This document shows, piece by piece, positions 44,265 to 54,897 of a DNA stretch of 64,000 bases. Both the position numbers and the translations under genes were made by a program. The first letter of the stretch is position 1. Every line of letters begins with the position of its first letter. The notes below the pieces were generated by a model that was given only the letters and a program-made list of their open reading frames with translations, did not search any database and had not been told where the DNA came from. The DNA is from Actinomycetota bacterium (GTDB lineage: Bacteria > Actinomycetota > UBA4738 > HRBIN12): the NCBI GenBank assembly GCA_016201135.1, contig JACQDK010000073.1, positions 2,416 through 66,415 on the forward strand. Direction: 5' to 3'.

Positions 44265-47200
44265 CTAAACCGTTGCGTCCTCGGTGAGCTCGTCCTGCGG
44301 CGCGAAGCGCTCGCGCATCCGCCCGGCCCAGACGGCGACCAGGGCCGTCAGCCCGAGGAACACCACCCCCGAGCCGATCAGGATGAGGCGCGTGCGCGTG
44401 GCGCTCCCCTCGATCCATATGAAGGAGAGGATCAGCGCGGGCACTATGAACCCGAGGTTGTAGGCGATGTCGAACAGGGCGAACGCACGGCCCCGGAAGT
44501 CGTCGGGCATCGCCTGCTGCACGATCGTGTCGACCGAGATCTTCCCGAGGAAGAACGCGAAGAAGCCGAGGAAGAGCATCACCGCGAAGCCGGGGGTCGA
44601 GACGAGCCCGCCGAACAGGAGCGTTCCGGCTCCCAGGAGCGCCATCGACGCGAGCAGCAGCCGGATCGGCGGGATCCTGTCCTTCCACTTCTGGGCGAGG
44701 ACCATCCCCAGGACGCCGCCGAAGAGCCCCCCCACGCCGGACAGGACGAGCGACAACGTGTCGGCGCTGTTGCCTTGAACCAGGTTCTTCGCGTAGAGCG
44801 CGAAGACGAACAGGCCGAACCCCCAGAACTGGTAGCGCAGCATCTGGAAGGCCGACAGCCCGAGCGCGGCAGCCGGGCGGGCGGCCACCTCCTTGATGCC
44901 GTCCACGATCGTCCGGATCACCCTCGACGCCTCCTGAGCGAAGGTCGCCTGATGCGGATGGGCCTCGACGCGCTGCATCCGCATCGCGACGAAGGCCGCG
45001 ATCACGAGCACGGCGGCGCCCCCGACGACCGCGATCCACGATCCCAGGAGGCCTGCCGCGACGGTCCCGAACGCGATCCCGATGATCTGGAAGAGACCCC
45101 CTCCGGCCTGCGACAGTCCGTTGCCCTGCATCAGGTCCTTGCCCGAGAGCACGTCGGGGATCGCCGCCGACTTGACGGCCAGCACCACCCGCACCACGGC
45201 CTGTGCCGCAAGGAGCGCGACCACGAGCCCGGCGGTGGCGCCCACCCTGCCCTCGGTGGTCCGATCACCGAGAGGGAGCAGGACGGTAACGGCGAGGACC
45301 GCCACGATCGCCGCGGCGACCAGGTTCGCCCACCACACCACGCGGCGCCTGGCGAACCTGTCGATGAACACGCCGATGAACGGCGACAGCAGCGTGTACG
45401 GGACGTACAGAGCCAACACCACCTTCAGCAGGTAGTCGGCGGACGGGACGTTCGAGACGTCGAACCCCTTCTGGCCCCCGAATGCGATCGACTTCCCGAT
45501 CGCCCCCTGCACGACGCCCTGGCCGGTCTGCGCCAGGAACTGGACCCCCATCAGCACGGCGAAGGCCGGGTTCGAGAAGACCCCGAACATCTTGTTGAAG
45601 AACCCACCGAAGCTCGCGAGCTTCTCCGTGAGCGGCGCGCGCGCGGCGCGGAGCCCGGCGGCCACGCCGGTGGCCACGGCCACCACCACCCACGCCTTGG
45701 CCGTCGTGAGCGAGCCGCGCCAGATCGCTAGGACCGCGATGCCGGACAGCAGGGTCAGCACGATCGACATCCCCGGGATCAGGGCCAGCCTGCTGGGGAG
45801 GTCCTCGGCCTCGAAGAACGACGACGCGACGAGCCCGGGCAGCACCGCCAGGAAGAACAGGCCCGCAAGGACCCTAAGCAAGTGGAGCGGGTCGCCGAAC
45901 GGACCGGGGTGATCGTCGAGAGACGCCTTCTCCAGGGCCGCCGCCGCCTGCGCCCTCTGCACCACGTCGGCCGGAGGCTGGTAGAGCCCGTTCCCTTCCA
46001 CCACGACCACGCCCGGCCCGATCTCGGTGCCCTGGGCGAGGGCCGCCGCCGCGTCGACGTCTCCCTTGTAGAAGTCGCCGTACAGGAAGACGACCGGGTC
46101 CTGCGGGAATTGAGCCTCGCGCAGCTTCACCTCGTCGAAGTACTGCTTCGCGATCGTGTCGTAGCCCCGGCTCCCCGAGGCCGACGTCGTCGGGCGGCCT
46201 GCGAGGAAGTTCTCGAGCGTGCCGAGGTAGGTCGCGGAACGGACGTCGGCGGTGCCGGGGAGCCCGGTGCGGAAGACGTTCGTGTACGTCTTCGCCCATC
46301 CGTAGGCGACGTTCGTCTGCGTCGAGGCGTCGTTGCGGTCCGAGTAGTTCACGATCAGGATGCTGGGGCGCTCACCGGCTCCGGCCACGACCTCATGCAC
46401 GGCGGCGAGAGCGACCCGGACGTTCTCGTCCGCCCACTGGTTCCCCTCTGTGACCCATCTGTGACGAAGGCCGTCCTGAAGGACCCATCCGAGCGAGCCG
46501 ATCACGAGGACCCCCACGAGGATGCCGGCGATCCTCGCCGCGCCCGAGCGCCCGAGGAGCCACCGGATCGCGATCACGGCCCCGAGCGCGGTGAGGGGCA
46601 TGATGGCCGCCGTCGCGTTCATGAACCGGTAGTAGGGGACGACCGGAGAGCCCGGGTCGCCGGCCACCTGGAACTTCGTGCCGGCGAAGAAGGTGAGCGA
46701 GCCCAGCAGCGGCAGGAGCCACCACATCGAGACGATCTCGTACTGGCCCACCGGCTCGCGCGAGCGCCTCGTCCGAAGGACGGTGGCGACGATCGCGATG
46801 AGCACCAGCGGTCCGATGACGATCGGCTGAAGCGACAGGAACCATTGGGAGAGCCGTGCGAGGAAGAACGCCTTCGTGTACGGAGGCGGCACGGCCGCGT
46901 CGTTGAAGTTGCCCGCCGAACCCCATATCCCGAACCACGTGGAGAGCCCGAAGATCATGCCGAGCCCGATGGACCAGAGCATCGGGGCGTCGGACCGGAG
47001 CGCGTCGCCGAACCGGAAGCGGCTGGTCAGCACGTGCCAGCCGAAGACGGCCATCAGGGACAGACCGAAGAGCACGCAGGTCGTCGGATGGGTGAACGCG
47101 GCCGCGATCCCGATAAGGAAGAGCGCGACCCGCGCCGGCCACGAGGTCCGGGCCGCCGGGATGAACGGCAGAGTCAGGCAGAGCAGGAAGATCATGAGCG

Positions 47201-47690
47201 TGTTGTCGAGGTAGCCGACGTACGGCGTGGTGAGGAAGAGGGCCGCCGCGGCGAGCATCGAGAGCAGCACCAGGAGCGGATCGCGCCGCGCCCGGTATCC
47301 CGCTGCCCCCAGCGCGAGGCCGGCAAGGACGGGGATCCCGACCATCAGGAAGGCGCTGAAGCTGTACTGGTCGATACCGGCGACGCGCTGGAGCAGGGCG
47401 CCGGCAAGAGGTGACGTGACCCGGTACCCGCCTGCGAACACACCCGACGGACCCCACTCCCTGGCCAGCAGTCCCGGGGTCGACTGCAGGATCACGTTCG
47501 CGCGCCACGTGTACCAGGCGGGGTCGCGAGTGGGGGCGGTCCAGGTGGGATGGAGGATCAGCTGCCACCCGAGGGTGAGCAGCAACAACAGCGCCAACCC
47601 CGCGATCGCGGGCCAGCTGCCGAAGAGCTTGTTCCCGTCCGCGTTCGGAACCCGGACGACCTCGCCGGTCCGGCTCTCGGTCAGCGCCAT
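44265..47690 (-). CDS. 1141-aa membrane protein: N-terminal ~700-aa polytopic domain fused to a C-terminal ~440-aa MFS-transporter domain
   Basis: Single uninterrupted ORF. The MFS-like part begins MFGVFSNPAFAVLMGVQFLAQTGQG (ATG at 45588-45590). Confidence 0.6.
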   Translation of the reverse strand: MALTESRTGEVVRVPNADGNKLFGSWPAIAGLALLLLLTLGWQLILHPTWTAPTRDPAWYTWRANVILQSTPGLLAREWGPSGVFAGGYRVTSPLAGALLQRVAGIDQYSFSAFLMVGIPVLAGLALGAAGYRARRDPLLVLLSMLAAAALFLTTPYVGYLDNTLMIFLLCLTLPFIPAARTSWPARVALFLIGIAAAFTHPTTCVLFGLSLMAVFGWHVLTSRFRFGDALRSDAPMLWSIGLGMIFGLSTWFGIWGSAGNFNDAAVPPPYTKAFFLARLSQWFLSLQPIVIGPLVLIAIVATVLRTRRSREPVGQYEIVSMWWLLPLLGSLTFFAGTKFQVAGDPGSPVVPYYRFMNATAAIMPLTALGAVIAIRWLLGRSGAARIAGILVGVLVIGSLGWVLQDGLRHRWVTEGNQWADENVRVALAAVHEVVAGAGERPSILIVNYSDRNDASTQTNVAYGWAKTYTNVFRTGLPGTADVRSATYLGTLENFLAGRPTTSASGSRGYDTIAKQYFDEVKLREAQFPQDPVVFLYGDFYKGDVDAAAALAQGTEIGPGVVVVEGNGLYQPPADVVQRAQAAAALEKASLDDHPGPFGDPLHLLRVLAGLFFLAVLPGLVASSFFEAEDLPSRLALIPGMSIVLTLLSGIAVLAIWRGSLTTAKAWVVVAVATGVAAGLRAARAPLTEKLASFGGFFNKMFGVFSNPAFAVLMGVQFLAQTGQGVVQGAIGKSIAFGGQKGFDVSNVPSADYLLKVVLALYVPYTLLSPFIGVFIDRFARRRVVWWANLVAAAIVAVLAVTVLLPLGDRTTEGRVGATAGLVVALLAAQAVVRVVLAVKSAAIPDVLSGKDLMQGNGLSQAGGGLFQIIGIAFGTVAAGLLGSWIAVVGGAAVLVIAAFVAMRMQRVEAHPHQATFAQEASRVIRTIVDGIKEVAARPAAALGLSAFQMLRYQFWGFGLFVFALYAKNLVQGNSADTLSLVLSGVGGLFGGVLGMVLAQKWKDRIPPIRLLLASMALLGAGTLLFGGLVSTPGFAVMLFLGFFAFFLGKISVDTIVQQAMPDDFRGRAFALFDIAYNLGFIVPALILSFIWIEGSATRTRLILIGSGVVFLGLTALVAVWAGRMRERFAPQDELTEDATV

Positions 47691-47706
47691 CGCCCGGCTG
47701 CCACGG

Positions 47707-49503
47707 TCAGGGAGCCTGCTGCGCTTCGGGCAGACACGGCAGCTGCGAGAACATGGCCGTCGGCAACACCGAGGCGAAGACCGGGTCGCCGGCGGTCGCC
47801 GGGTTGGGCACGGACCCGCTCGCGATCGTCTGGGCCTGCGTGAGCCCGAGGATGAAGTGCGAGATGTCGACCGCGGTCACGTGGTTCCGCGCGAGCTCTT
47901 GAGGGTCGAGCCAGATCTGCGTGGGCCGGAGCTTCTCGATCAGCGGGATCTTGTCGCCGTCGTGATCGAACTGAGCGTTGATGGCCTTCTCCAGCCTGCC
48001 GACGTCGATCAGGAACGCGCCACTCACCGCCGGCGAGTATTGGGTGCCGTGGTCGGCGGTCAGGGTCATGACCCACTTGCCGGCGCCCACGGTCTGGTTG
48101 AGGAACCCGACGAGCTGGCGCAGGGCCTGGTCCTGGATCGAGACGGTGTCGGACATCTCGGGGCTGTTGAGGCTGAACAGGTGCCCGATCGTGTCGATCG
48201 CCTTGTAGTTGAGGTAGAGGAGGTCTGGAACGGCGTCCTTGCCGAACCCCTCGCGCTGGATCACGGTCTCGACCAGCTTCGTCTGGAACGGCGTCCTTGC
48301 CGGTGTGTCGAACCCGCCCTTCAACTGCTGGATCGAGCTGCCGCGCCACAGGCCGTCCAGCTTGCCGTCGAGGGCATCGATCTGACGCGTGTAGCTCGAG
48401 AGCGGCGGGAGCGAGTTCGCGTACGCAGGGAACGTGTAGTAGGGCCGGAGCGACTGGCTCAGGACCCACTTCGGAGCCTCGAGGCCGGAGGTCACCGCTC
48501 CGCCGAACTGGCGGGTGAGCGCGAGGTCGCGGTCTCCGCCCTGCCAGAAGGAGCCGTGGCTCATCATCATCACGTGGCTCGAGAGGGTCGCCACGATCCC
48601 GACCAGCGGGCGATTGTGCATCGCGCGGTCGTACAGATCCCCGAGCGTCGGGAGGACGAGCAGGCCGGGCCCCATGTCCGTCGGTTGCGCGATCCGGTCC
48701 CCGATCCGGACGAAGTCGTCGACGAAGCCGTTGTGCATCGGGAACGCCCCGGTGCCGATCTCGGAGTGCCCAGGCGGGGTGTTCGAGGGCGACGCGCCGA
48801 CCGACGCGTGAGTGAACCACGCCCCTCGAGATCGGAGCGAGTTCAGGTACGGCGTGTCCTGCTGCCACGTGTCGAGCACGTCGTTGCCGCCCGAATCCCA
48901 CACGAGCGTGACGACGAGCCTCGGGAGCGGGCGCTGCGACGCCGGAAGGAGCGCCTGCGTCTGAGCCGAGCCGTCGGGAGCGTTGAAGGGGAACTTGAGG
49001 AGCGCGCCTTCCGTCGGGGCTATGTCCGTGAGGTAGACGGGCTTCGTATACACGCCCGGTCGCACGAAACCGGGTCCGTAAATGAAGATCGGAACGTTCT
49101 GCGTGTAGTCGTAGGGGGTGGCATGCGAGAGACCGGAGTTCACGAAGTTCGGGAACTTCGGGATCATGGAGATGTCCCCGGAGCGACCCGGCATGATGCC
49201 GTGCCAGGTGCGCAGCAGCACCTCGTGCGTATCGTTCGCGCAGGCGGCCTTGACGAGCGCCGCGGCGCCCTGCCCGGTCACCTGCACCAGCGTCTGGGTC
49301 GGCGAGGTCGGTGCGGCAGCGGACACCGACGAGGTGGTCGCTGCGGCGGGGGAGGACGGGCTCCCGCCCGACGCCCCGGTGGCGGCGCTGCACGCCCCGG
49401 CCACGAGCGTGGCCACCGTCAACATGACGAGGGTCCGGCGCCGGCCCCTCCAGGGCGGCCGGGCCGCCCCAGTGCCTCCGCGCGCGATCGATCCCATGAT
49501 CAC
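47707..49503 (-). CDS. alkaline phosphatase superfamily protein (phosphodiesterase/nucleotide pyrophosphatase-like), secreted
   Basis: N-terminal signal/TM, TADHGTQ metal-ligand motif. Confidence 0.75.
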   Translation of the reverse strand: MIMGSIARGGTGAARPPWRGRRRTLVMLTVATLVAGACSAATGASGGSPSSPAAATTSSVSAAAPTSPTQTLVQVTGQGAAALVKAACANDTHEVLLRTWHGIMPGRSGDISMIPKFPNFVNSGLSHATPYDYTQNVPIFIYGPGFVRPGVYTKPVYLTDIAPTEGALLKFPFNAPDGSAQTQALLPASQRPLPRLVVTLVWDSGGNDVLDTWQQDTPYLNSLRSRGAWFTHASVGASPSNTPPGHSEIGTGAFPMHNGFVDDFVRIGDRIAQPTDMGPGLLVLPTLGDLYDRAMHNRPLVGIVATLSSHVMMMSHGSFWQGGDRDLALTRQFGGAVTSGLEAPKWVLSQSLRPYYTFPAYANSLPPLSSYTRQIDALDGKLDGLWRGSSIQQLKGGFDTPARTPFQTKLVETVIQREGFGKDAVPDLLYLNYKAIDTIGHLFSLNSPEMSDTVSIQDQALRQLVGFLNQTVGAGKWVMTLTADHGTQYSPAVSGAFLIDVGRLEKAINAQFDHDGDKIPLIEKLRPTQIWLDPQELARNHVTAVDISHFILGLTQAQTIASGSVPNPATAGDPVFASVLPTAMFSQLPCLPEAQQAP

Positions 49504-49719
49504 CTCGACGTCCTCGGCTCCGGAGCGCGATCTCGCGCCCCGCGTCGTGATCCAGCCACCACCGACGACCCGGTCCCCCTGGTCCGCGGTGGTGTCTGCC
49601 GCGAGACCCGCGGCGACCGCACATACTACCGTCCTGTGGGACCGGCGCCGGAGGCCCGGGGGGCCGCTGGGGACCGGCTCCGGGGCCCGCTGCGCAAGAA
49701 CGTGCGGTAGCCTCGTGCG

Positions 49720-51033
49720 GTGAGTCCCGGACGACGTCTGAGTTTCCTGCTCGTCGTCCTCCTGCTAGCAGGCCTGCCGCCGGTCGTTCTCCGCGCCCTG
49801 TGCGTGGGAAAGACGTGCGGCAGCTCATCGTCGGTCTCCGCCCGCGTACCCTTCTGCCCACTTCCGGACGCGATCAAGACCCTGGTGGCGGCCGGCTACC
49901 GGAGCGGGCGCTCGCCCGACGTGCTGGGGGTGACCGTCTCGACCACGCTGGCGAGCCGCGACGGCGTGGCGTGGCCGACGACCACACCTCTGCCCGACAC
50001 CCGGGTGCCGATCGCGCTGTTCGGCGCCGGGATCGCGCCGCGAGTGCCCCTGCCGGAAGGGACCGGCCTCGATCAGATCGCACCCACGCTCGCGGACGCG
50101 CTGCACTTCCGACGGGACCACCCGGAGGTGCGCGCGGGAACGGCGGTCCCCGGTGTCGCCTCCGGAGCCGCGCCCCGTCTGGTCGTGGAGATCGTGTGGA
50201 AGGGCGTCGGGACCGCGGACCTGAAGGCCGCGCCGGGCGAGTGGCCCTACCTCCGGAGGCTCACCAGCGGCGCAGCCGACGCGACGCTCGACGGCACCAC
50301 CGGCTCGGTGCCTATGGAGCCGGCGGCGACCCTCACCACGATCGGGACGGGTGGTCTGCCCTCCCAGCACGGCATCACCGGGCCCATCGTGCGCAACGAC
50401 TCCGGCGACATCGTGCCGGCTTGGGGGCCCGGCGCCCCGGCCTCGATCATCTCGACGCTCCCCGACGACCTCGACTTCAAGCTCGGAGAAGCCCCGAGGA
50501 TCGGCCTGGTCGCGCCCGACGCCACGGACAGAGGCCTGATCGGCGGGAACTGGTACGTTCCGCACGACCGGGACGACGTCGTGATCGGTCGGGGCGATCC
50601 GATGACTGCGGTTCGGAGGCTGCTGGCATCCGGGTACGGCGCCGACGGGGTCCCCGATCTGCTGGGAGTCGTGCTGGGCGGCTCCATCCCTTCGATGGAC
50701 CGGATCACGCGCGAGGTCGTGGCGGCCGCGGAAGCGCTGCACGTTCCGGCCGCCTTCGTGGTGACCGCGACTGGCACCTTGGCTCCGGCAACGGCGATGG
50801 ACGCCGCGAGCGTCGTCGCCGGCGTTGACGCGGCCGTGCCCTCCGGCCGCGCGGTCGTGGCGGGCGCCGTTGCCGGCGGGGTCTTCCTCGACCAGGACGT
50901 GCTGGCCCAGAGCGGCCTCTCGTCGAACGCGGCGGTCGACGCGATGCTGAAGCTCCGCTCTCCAGGCGGGGATGAGAGGCTGTTCACGGACGCCTTCCCC
51001 GGGTTCGCCGTCTCCTTCGCGAGGTACTGCTGA
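49720..51033 (+). CDS. secreted AlkP-like paralog, hypothetical
   Basis: Signal peptide. VWKGVGTADLKAAPGEWPYLRRL parallels TLVWDSGGNDVLDTWQQDTPYLNSL of the neighbour. Confidence 0.55.
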   Translation: MSPGRRLSFLLVVLLLAGLPPVVLRALCVGKTCGSSSSVSARVPFCPLPDAIKTLVAAGYRSGRSPDVLGVTVSTTLASRDGVAWPTTTPLPDTRVPIALFGAGIAPRVPLPEGTGLDQIAPTLADALHFRRDHPEVRAGTAVPGVASGAAPRLVVEIVWKGVGTADLKAAPGEWPYLRRLTSGAADATLDGTTGSVPMEPAATLTTIGTGGLPSQHGITGPIVRNDSGDIVPAWGPGAPASIISTLPDDLDFKLGEAPRIGLVAPDATDRGLIGGNWYVPHDRDDVVIGRGDPMTAVRRLLASGYGADGVPDLLGVVLGGSIPSMDRITREVVAAAEALHVPAAFVVTATGTLAPATAMDAASVVAGVDAAVPSGRAVVAGAVAGGVFLDQDVLAQSGLSSNAAVDAMLKLRSPGGDERLFTDAFPGFAVSFARYC

Positions 51034-52043
51034 TGGCCGGCATCGCATCTCCGGCGCGGCGAGACGTGGCCACGGCCAGAACGGCCGCGATCCTCGTCGG
51101 CGGGCTCGCGGCGATCGCCGCCGCGCTCCGCCTGATCGAGCCGGGTCGGGTAGCGTGGATCCAGGCCGCGCTGATCGTGTTCGGCGGGCTCGTGATCCAG
51201 GCTCTCCCGTTCGTGCTGATCGGCGCGCTCGCTTCGGCGGCGATCGAGGTGTTCGTTCCGCCGACGGCCCTCGACAGGCTCGCCGACCTCCCGCGCGCGT
51301 TGCAGCTCCCGGCGGCGGGGCTGGCGGGGATCGCGTTCCCGATCTGCGAGTGCGGTTCGGTTCCGGTGGCGCGCCGCCTGATGGCCAAGGGCCTGCTGCC
51401 GTCGGCGGCGATCACCTTCATGCTCGCGGCGCCCGTGCTGAATCCAGTCGTGATCGCCTCGACTTTCGTCGCGTACCGGGGCCGGAGCGCCCTCTGGACG
51501 ATGGTGATAGGCCGGTTCAGCCTGGGTCTCGTGGTCGCGATCCTGGTGGGTTGGGTCCTCGGCGGCCGGTCGAAGGCCGAGCTGCTCCGGCCGAGCGGGC
51601 ACCACGAGAAGCACGAGCACGTGGAGCTCGGCCGCCCGGAGCCGAGGTGGCGCACCTTCTTCGTTCACATGGGGAACGACTTCCTGTTCATGGGACGGTT
51701 CCTTCTGCTCGGCGCCACCGTGGCGGCGCTCGTGCAGACGTTCATGCCCCAGGGGATCGTCTCGCGCGTGGCCGGGGTGCCGATCCTCGACATCGTCGTG
51801 ATGATGGGACTCGCGGCCGTGCTCTCCCTCTGCTCTGAGTCCGACGCGTTCATCGCGGCGTCGTTCGTGCAGTTCGGGCCCGCTGCGCAGCTCGCGTTCC
51901 TCGTGTTCGGGCCGATGGTGGACTTCAAGCTCGGCGCGCTCTACGCGGGAACGTTCGGAAAGGCGACGCTCCGCACGATCGTGATCTCGGTGGGCGCGGC
52001 GACGCTGGTGGGGGCGCTCTGGGTGAAGGTGTTGACAGGATGA
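51033..52043 (+). CDS. permease (DUF318 family) with CECGSVP motif
   Basis: 8 TM helices. Known partner of TIGR03943-type proteins. Confidence 0.7.
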   Translation: MAGIASPARRDVATARTAAILVGGLAAIAAALRLIEPGRVAWIQAALIVFGGLVIQALPFVLIGALASAAIEVFVPPTALDRLADLPRALQLPAAGLAGIAFPICECGSVPVARRLMAKGLLPSAAITFMLAAPVLNPVVIASTFVAYRGRSALWTMVIGRFSLGLVVAILVGWVLGGRSKAELLRPSGHHEKHEHVELGRPEPRWRTFFVHMGNDFLFMGRFLLLGATVAALVQTFMPQGIVSRVAGVPILDIVVMMGLAAVLSLCSESDAFIAASFVQFGPAAQLAFLVFGPMVDFKLGALYAGTFGKATLRTIVISVGAATLVGALWVKVLTG

Positions 52044-52807
52044 GGGAGACGGTCCCCGCGTCGGCGCCCAACGGGAAACCCGAGGCGGAGCCGACCGCGT
52101 GGAGCCCGTCCCGGTTGGCCGGCGGCCTCGTGCTCGCCGCGTGGGCGTTCCTGTTCTGGTTCCTGTTCTTCACCGGCCGCGTGAACCTGTACCTGTCGAC
52201 GCGGACCTCGTGGGTGGTGCCGGTGGGCGCGGTCCTGCTTACCCTGGCGGCGGCCGGGCGCCTGATCGCCGCACGCGTGAGGCGGCCCGAGCCGGTGCGA
52301 CGGCGCGAGGCCGCGGTGATGGCGCTGATGGTGCTGCCGGTCGTGGTCGTGCTCGCGCTGCCGACGGCCACCCTCGGCTCGTTCAGCGCATCGAAGAAGA
52401 CCACGTTCACCTCGGCCGCCTTCTCGAGCGTGTACGGACAGATCACCGCGACAAGCGAGATCACCCTGCTTTCCGTGGCTGCGGCGCAGACGACATCCAA
52501 CGGCGCTCAGGCCCTGGCCAAGCGCGCCGGCAGCGAGGTCGACTTCGTCGGGTTCGTGACGCGCTACGCGGACACGCCGGCCGGCGAGTTCCTGCTCACG
52601 CGTTACGTGATCACCTGCTGCGTGGCCGACGCGACGGTCGTGCAGGTCCTCGTCGTGAACGTGGTGCCCGGGCGGTTCCAGACCAACGACTGGGTCGAGG
52701 TGAAGGGCCCGATCTACCCGATCGGGCGCGAGGTGATCCTGAACGCCGGGTCTGCAGACTCGATAGTGAAGATCCCTCGCCCGGCCAAGCCCTACCTCAC
52801 GCCCTAG
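52040..52807 (+). CDS. TIGR03943/DUF1980-family protein
   Basis: N-terminal TM plus YVITCCVADA Cys-pair motif. ATGA overlap with the permease. Confidence 0.7.
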   Translation: MRETVPASAPNGKPEAEPTAWSPSRLAGGLVLAAWAFLFWFLFFTGRVNLYLSTRTSWVVPVGAVLLTLAAAGRLIAARVRRPEPVRRREAAVMALMVLPVVVVLALPTATLGSFSASKKTTFTSAAFSSVYGQITATSEITLLSVAAAQTTSNGAQALAKRAGSEVDFVGFVTRYADTPAGEFLLTRYVITCCVADATVVQVLVVNVVPGRFQTNDWVEVKGPIYPIGREVILNAGSADSIVKIPRPAKPYLTP

Positions 52808-53255
52808 CCGCGGTTCCCCTGGTTGCGCAGCGGCCGCAGCGGCCTATCAGGTCGAGCCGGTGGGCGACGCTCGCGAAGCCGGCGCGGCGAGCCAGCCGGT
52901 CCAGGGTGCGGTCGACCTCGCGCTCGAGGTCCTCGGGGACCTCGACGTCCTGGACGCGGCCGCAGCTCGAGCAGATGAGGTGGTGGTGGTGCTCCGTGAG
53001 GTCCTCGGTGAGCTCGTAGCGCCCGAAGCCCTCGTCGGCCGGAACCCGGCGCACCACGCCGGCCCGCTCGAGTGCAGCGAGGTTCCGGTACACGGAACTC
53101 TGCGCGAGGTTGCGGCGACCCCTCAGGATGTCGGGGATCGCGAGCGGCATGCCCGCTCGCTCGAGTATCTCGACCAGGTGGCGGCGCTGTCGCGTGTAGC
53201 GCCCGCCAGACTCTCCGAGCCGCACGGCGGTCACCTCGTGCAAATCGGCGCCCAT
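52797..53255 (-). CDS. zur: Fur-family metalloregulator, probable Zur
   Basis: HHHHLICSSCG...CGRC metal sites. Last gene after znuC-znuB. Confidence 0.75.
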   Translation of the reverse strand: MGADLHEVTAVRLGESGGRYTRQRRHLVEILERAGMPLAIPDILRGRRNLAQSSVYRNLAALERAGVVRRVPADEGFGRYELTEDLTEHHHHLICSSCGRVQDVEVPEDLEREVDRTLDRLARRAGFASVAHRLDLIGRCGRCATRGTAARA

Positions 53256-53257
53256 GG

Positions 53258-54121
53258 TCAGTGGGCCCCCTGGAGCAGCGGGACCGTGCGCTTGGCCACG
53301 GCCACCACCGCGAACAGCGCCGCGGCGACCATGACTATCGCTCCCCCGGGCGAGAGGTTCAGAGGCCGCGAAAGCGCGAGTCCGATCACCGCCGAGCCGG
53401 CTCCGATCGCGACGCCCAGCCGCATCGTGTCGCGGAACGAGCGCGCGAGCAGCTGCGCCGTTGCGACCGGCAGCGCCATCAGCGCGGCCACAAGAAGGAT
53501 CCCCACGATCTTCATCGCCGCCACGATCGCGGCCGCGGTGAGCGCCGCCAGCGCGGCGTTCATCGCATCCACCGGAAGGCCCGCCACGCGCGCCCAGTCC
53601 TCGTCGGTGACGATCGCGAACAGCACGCGGCGAAGGGCCCAGACCCCGGCCGTGATCCCCGTCCCGAGAAGGATCACCGCCCCGACCCCAGCGTCACTCA
53701 CCCTGAAAGGGTCGCCGAACAGGTACGGCAGCGTCTCGAAGTCGATCGAGCCGTTGCCCGCGCGGCTCGCGAACACCACTCCGAGCGCGATGCCGGCGTA
53801 GAAGAAGAGTGCGAGCGCCAGGTCGCCCGAGGCCTTCTTGCGCATCCGCAGGTACTCGACGCCGACCGCTCCAGCGACGGCGAACGCGAGCGCAGTCCAC
53901 ACCGGCCACACGCCGGCGAGCAGCCCCGCGCCGACCCCGGCGAAGGCCACGTGCCCTATGCCGTCGCCCACCAGTGACAGCCGCCGCTGCACCAGGAACG
54001 TCCCGATCACGGGGGCGAACACGCCCACCACGACGCACGCGGCGAGGGCCCGCTGCATGAACGCCGCGTCGAACGGATACGGGAGCGGGATCGCGCCTAT
54101 CACCGCAGCCCCTCCAGCCAC
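53258..54121 (-). CDS. znuB: metal (Zn/Mn) ABC transporter permease
   Basis: ABC-3 family, 8 TM. Confidence 0.8.
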   Translation of the reverse strand: MAGGAAVIGAIPLPYPFDAAFMQRALAACVVVGVFAPVIGTFLVQRRLSLVGDGIGHVAFAGVGAGLLAGVWPVWTALAFAVAGAVGVEYLRMRKKASGDLALALFFYAGIALGVVFASRAGNGSIDFETLPYLFGDPFRVSDAGVGAVILLGTGITAGVWALRRVLFAIVTDEDWARVAGLPVDAMNAALAALTAAAIVAAMKIVGILLVAALMALPVATAQLLARSFRDTMRLGVAIGAGSAVIGLALSRPLNLSPGGAIVMVAAALFAVVAVAKRTVPLLQGAH

Positions 54122-54879
54122 AGCGGGAGGTCGTCGCGGTGCACGCCGAGGGAGACTCCCGAAGCGGCGAGCTCGTCCGGCGTTCCGTCGAACAGAACGT
54201 GCCGTTTCAGCACGACGACGCGGTCGAGGTCGCGCGCGACCGCGGCCAGCTCGTGCGAGACGAGCAACACCCCGGATCCGTGCTCCTGGATCAGGTGCAC
54301 GAGCGAATCGCGGAACTTCCTCTGCGACTCACCGTCGACGCCGGCGATCGGCTCGTCAAGGACCAGCAGATCCGGCCCGCTCGCGAACGCGCGCGCGATG
54401 AACGCGCGCTGCTGCTGGCCTCCGGAGAGCTCGTTCAGCGGCGTGTGGGCGAGGTCGCCCAGGCCCACCGAGGCGAGAGCGTGGTGCACGGCGTCGTGGT
54501 CCTCGGGGCGGAGCGTCCTCCACCAGCCGCGCTGGCGGAGCCGGCCGGCCGACACGATCTCTTCGACCGTGGCCGGCAGCTCGGAAGAGAGGATGGGCCG
54601 TTGCGGCACGTACCCCAGACGCCACCGGTCGTGCACGTCCTCGGGCGCCGCGCCGAACAGCCGAACCGAGCCGAGCGACGCGGGCAGCGAGCCCAGGAGG
54701 ATCTTCAGCAGCGTGGACTTGCCCGCGCCGTTCGGCCCGACGAGCGCAACGAACTCGCCCGGATGAACGGCGAGCGAGACCTCGTCCAGCACGGACCCGC
54801 GCCCGAAGGAGAACGAGACCCCGCGGGCTTCCAGGAGCGGCACGCCGGGGGCCGGACCGGGCTCCGTCGCCGCGGTCAT
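54100..54879 (-). CDS. znuC: metal ABC transporter ATP-binding protein
   Basis: Walker A GPNGAGKST, LSGGQQQR, Walker B LLVLDEP. Start at MTAATEPGP. Confidence 0.8.
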   Translation of the reverse strand: MTAATEPGPAPGVPLLEARGVSFSFGRGSVLDEVSLAVHPGEFVALVGPNGAGKSTLLKILLGSLPASLGSVRLFGAAPEDVHDRWRLGYVPQRPILSSELPATVEEIVSAGRLRQRGWWRTLRPEDHDAVHHALASVGLGDLAHTPLNELSGGQQQRAFIARAFASGPDLLVLDEPIAGVDGESQRKFRDSLVHLIQEHGSGVLLVSHELAAVARDLDRVVVLKRHVLFDGTPDELAASGVSLGVHRDDLPLWLEGLR

Positions 54880-54897
54880 CCGGCCCGGCTCCAGGAC

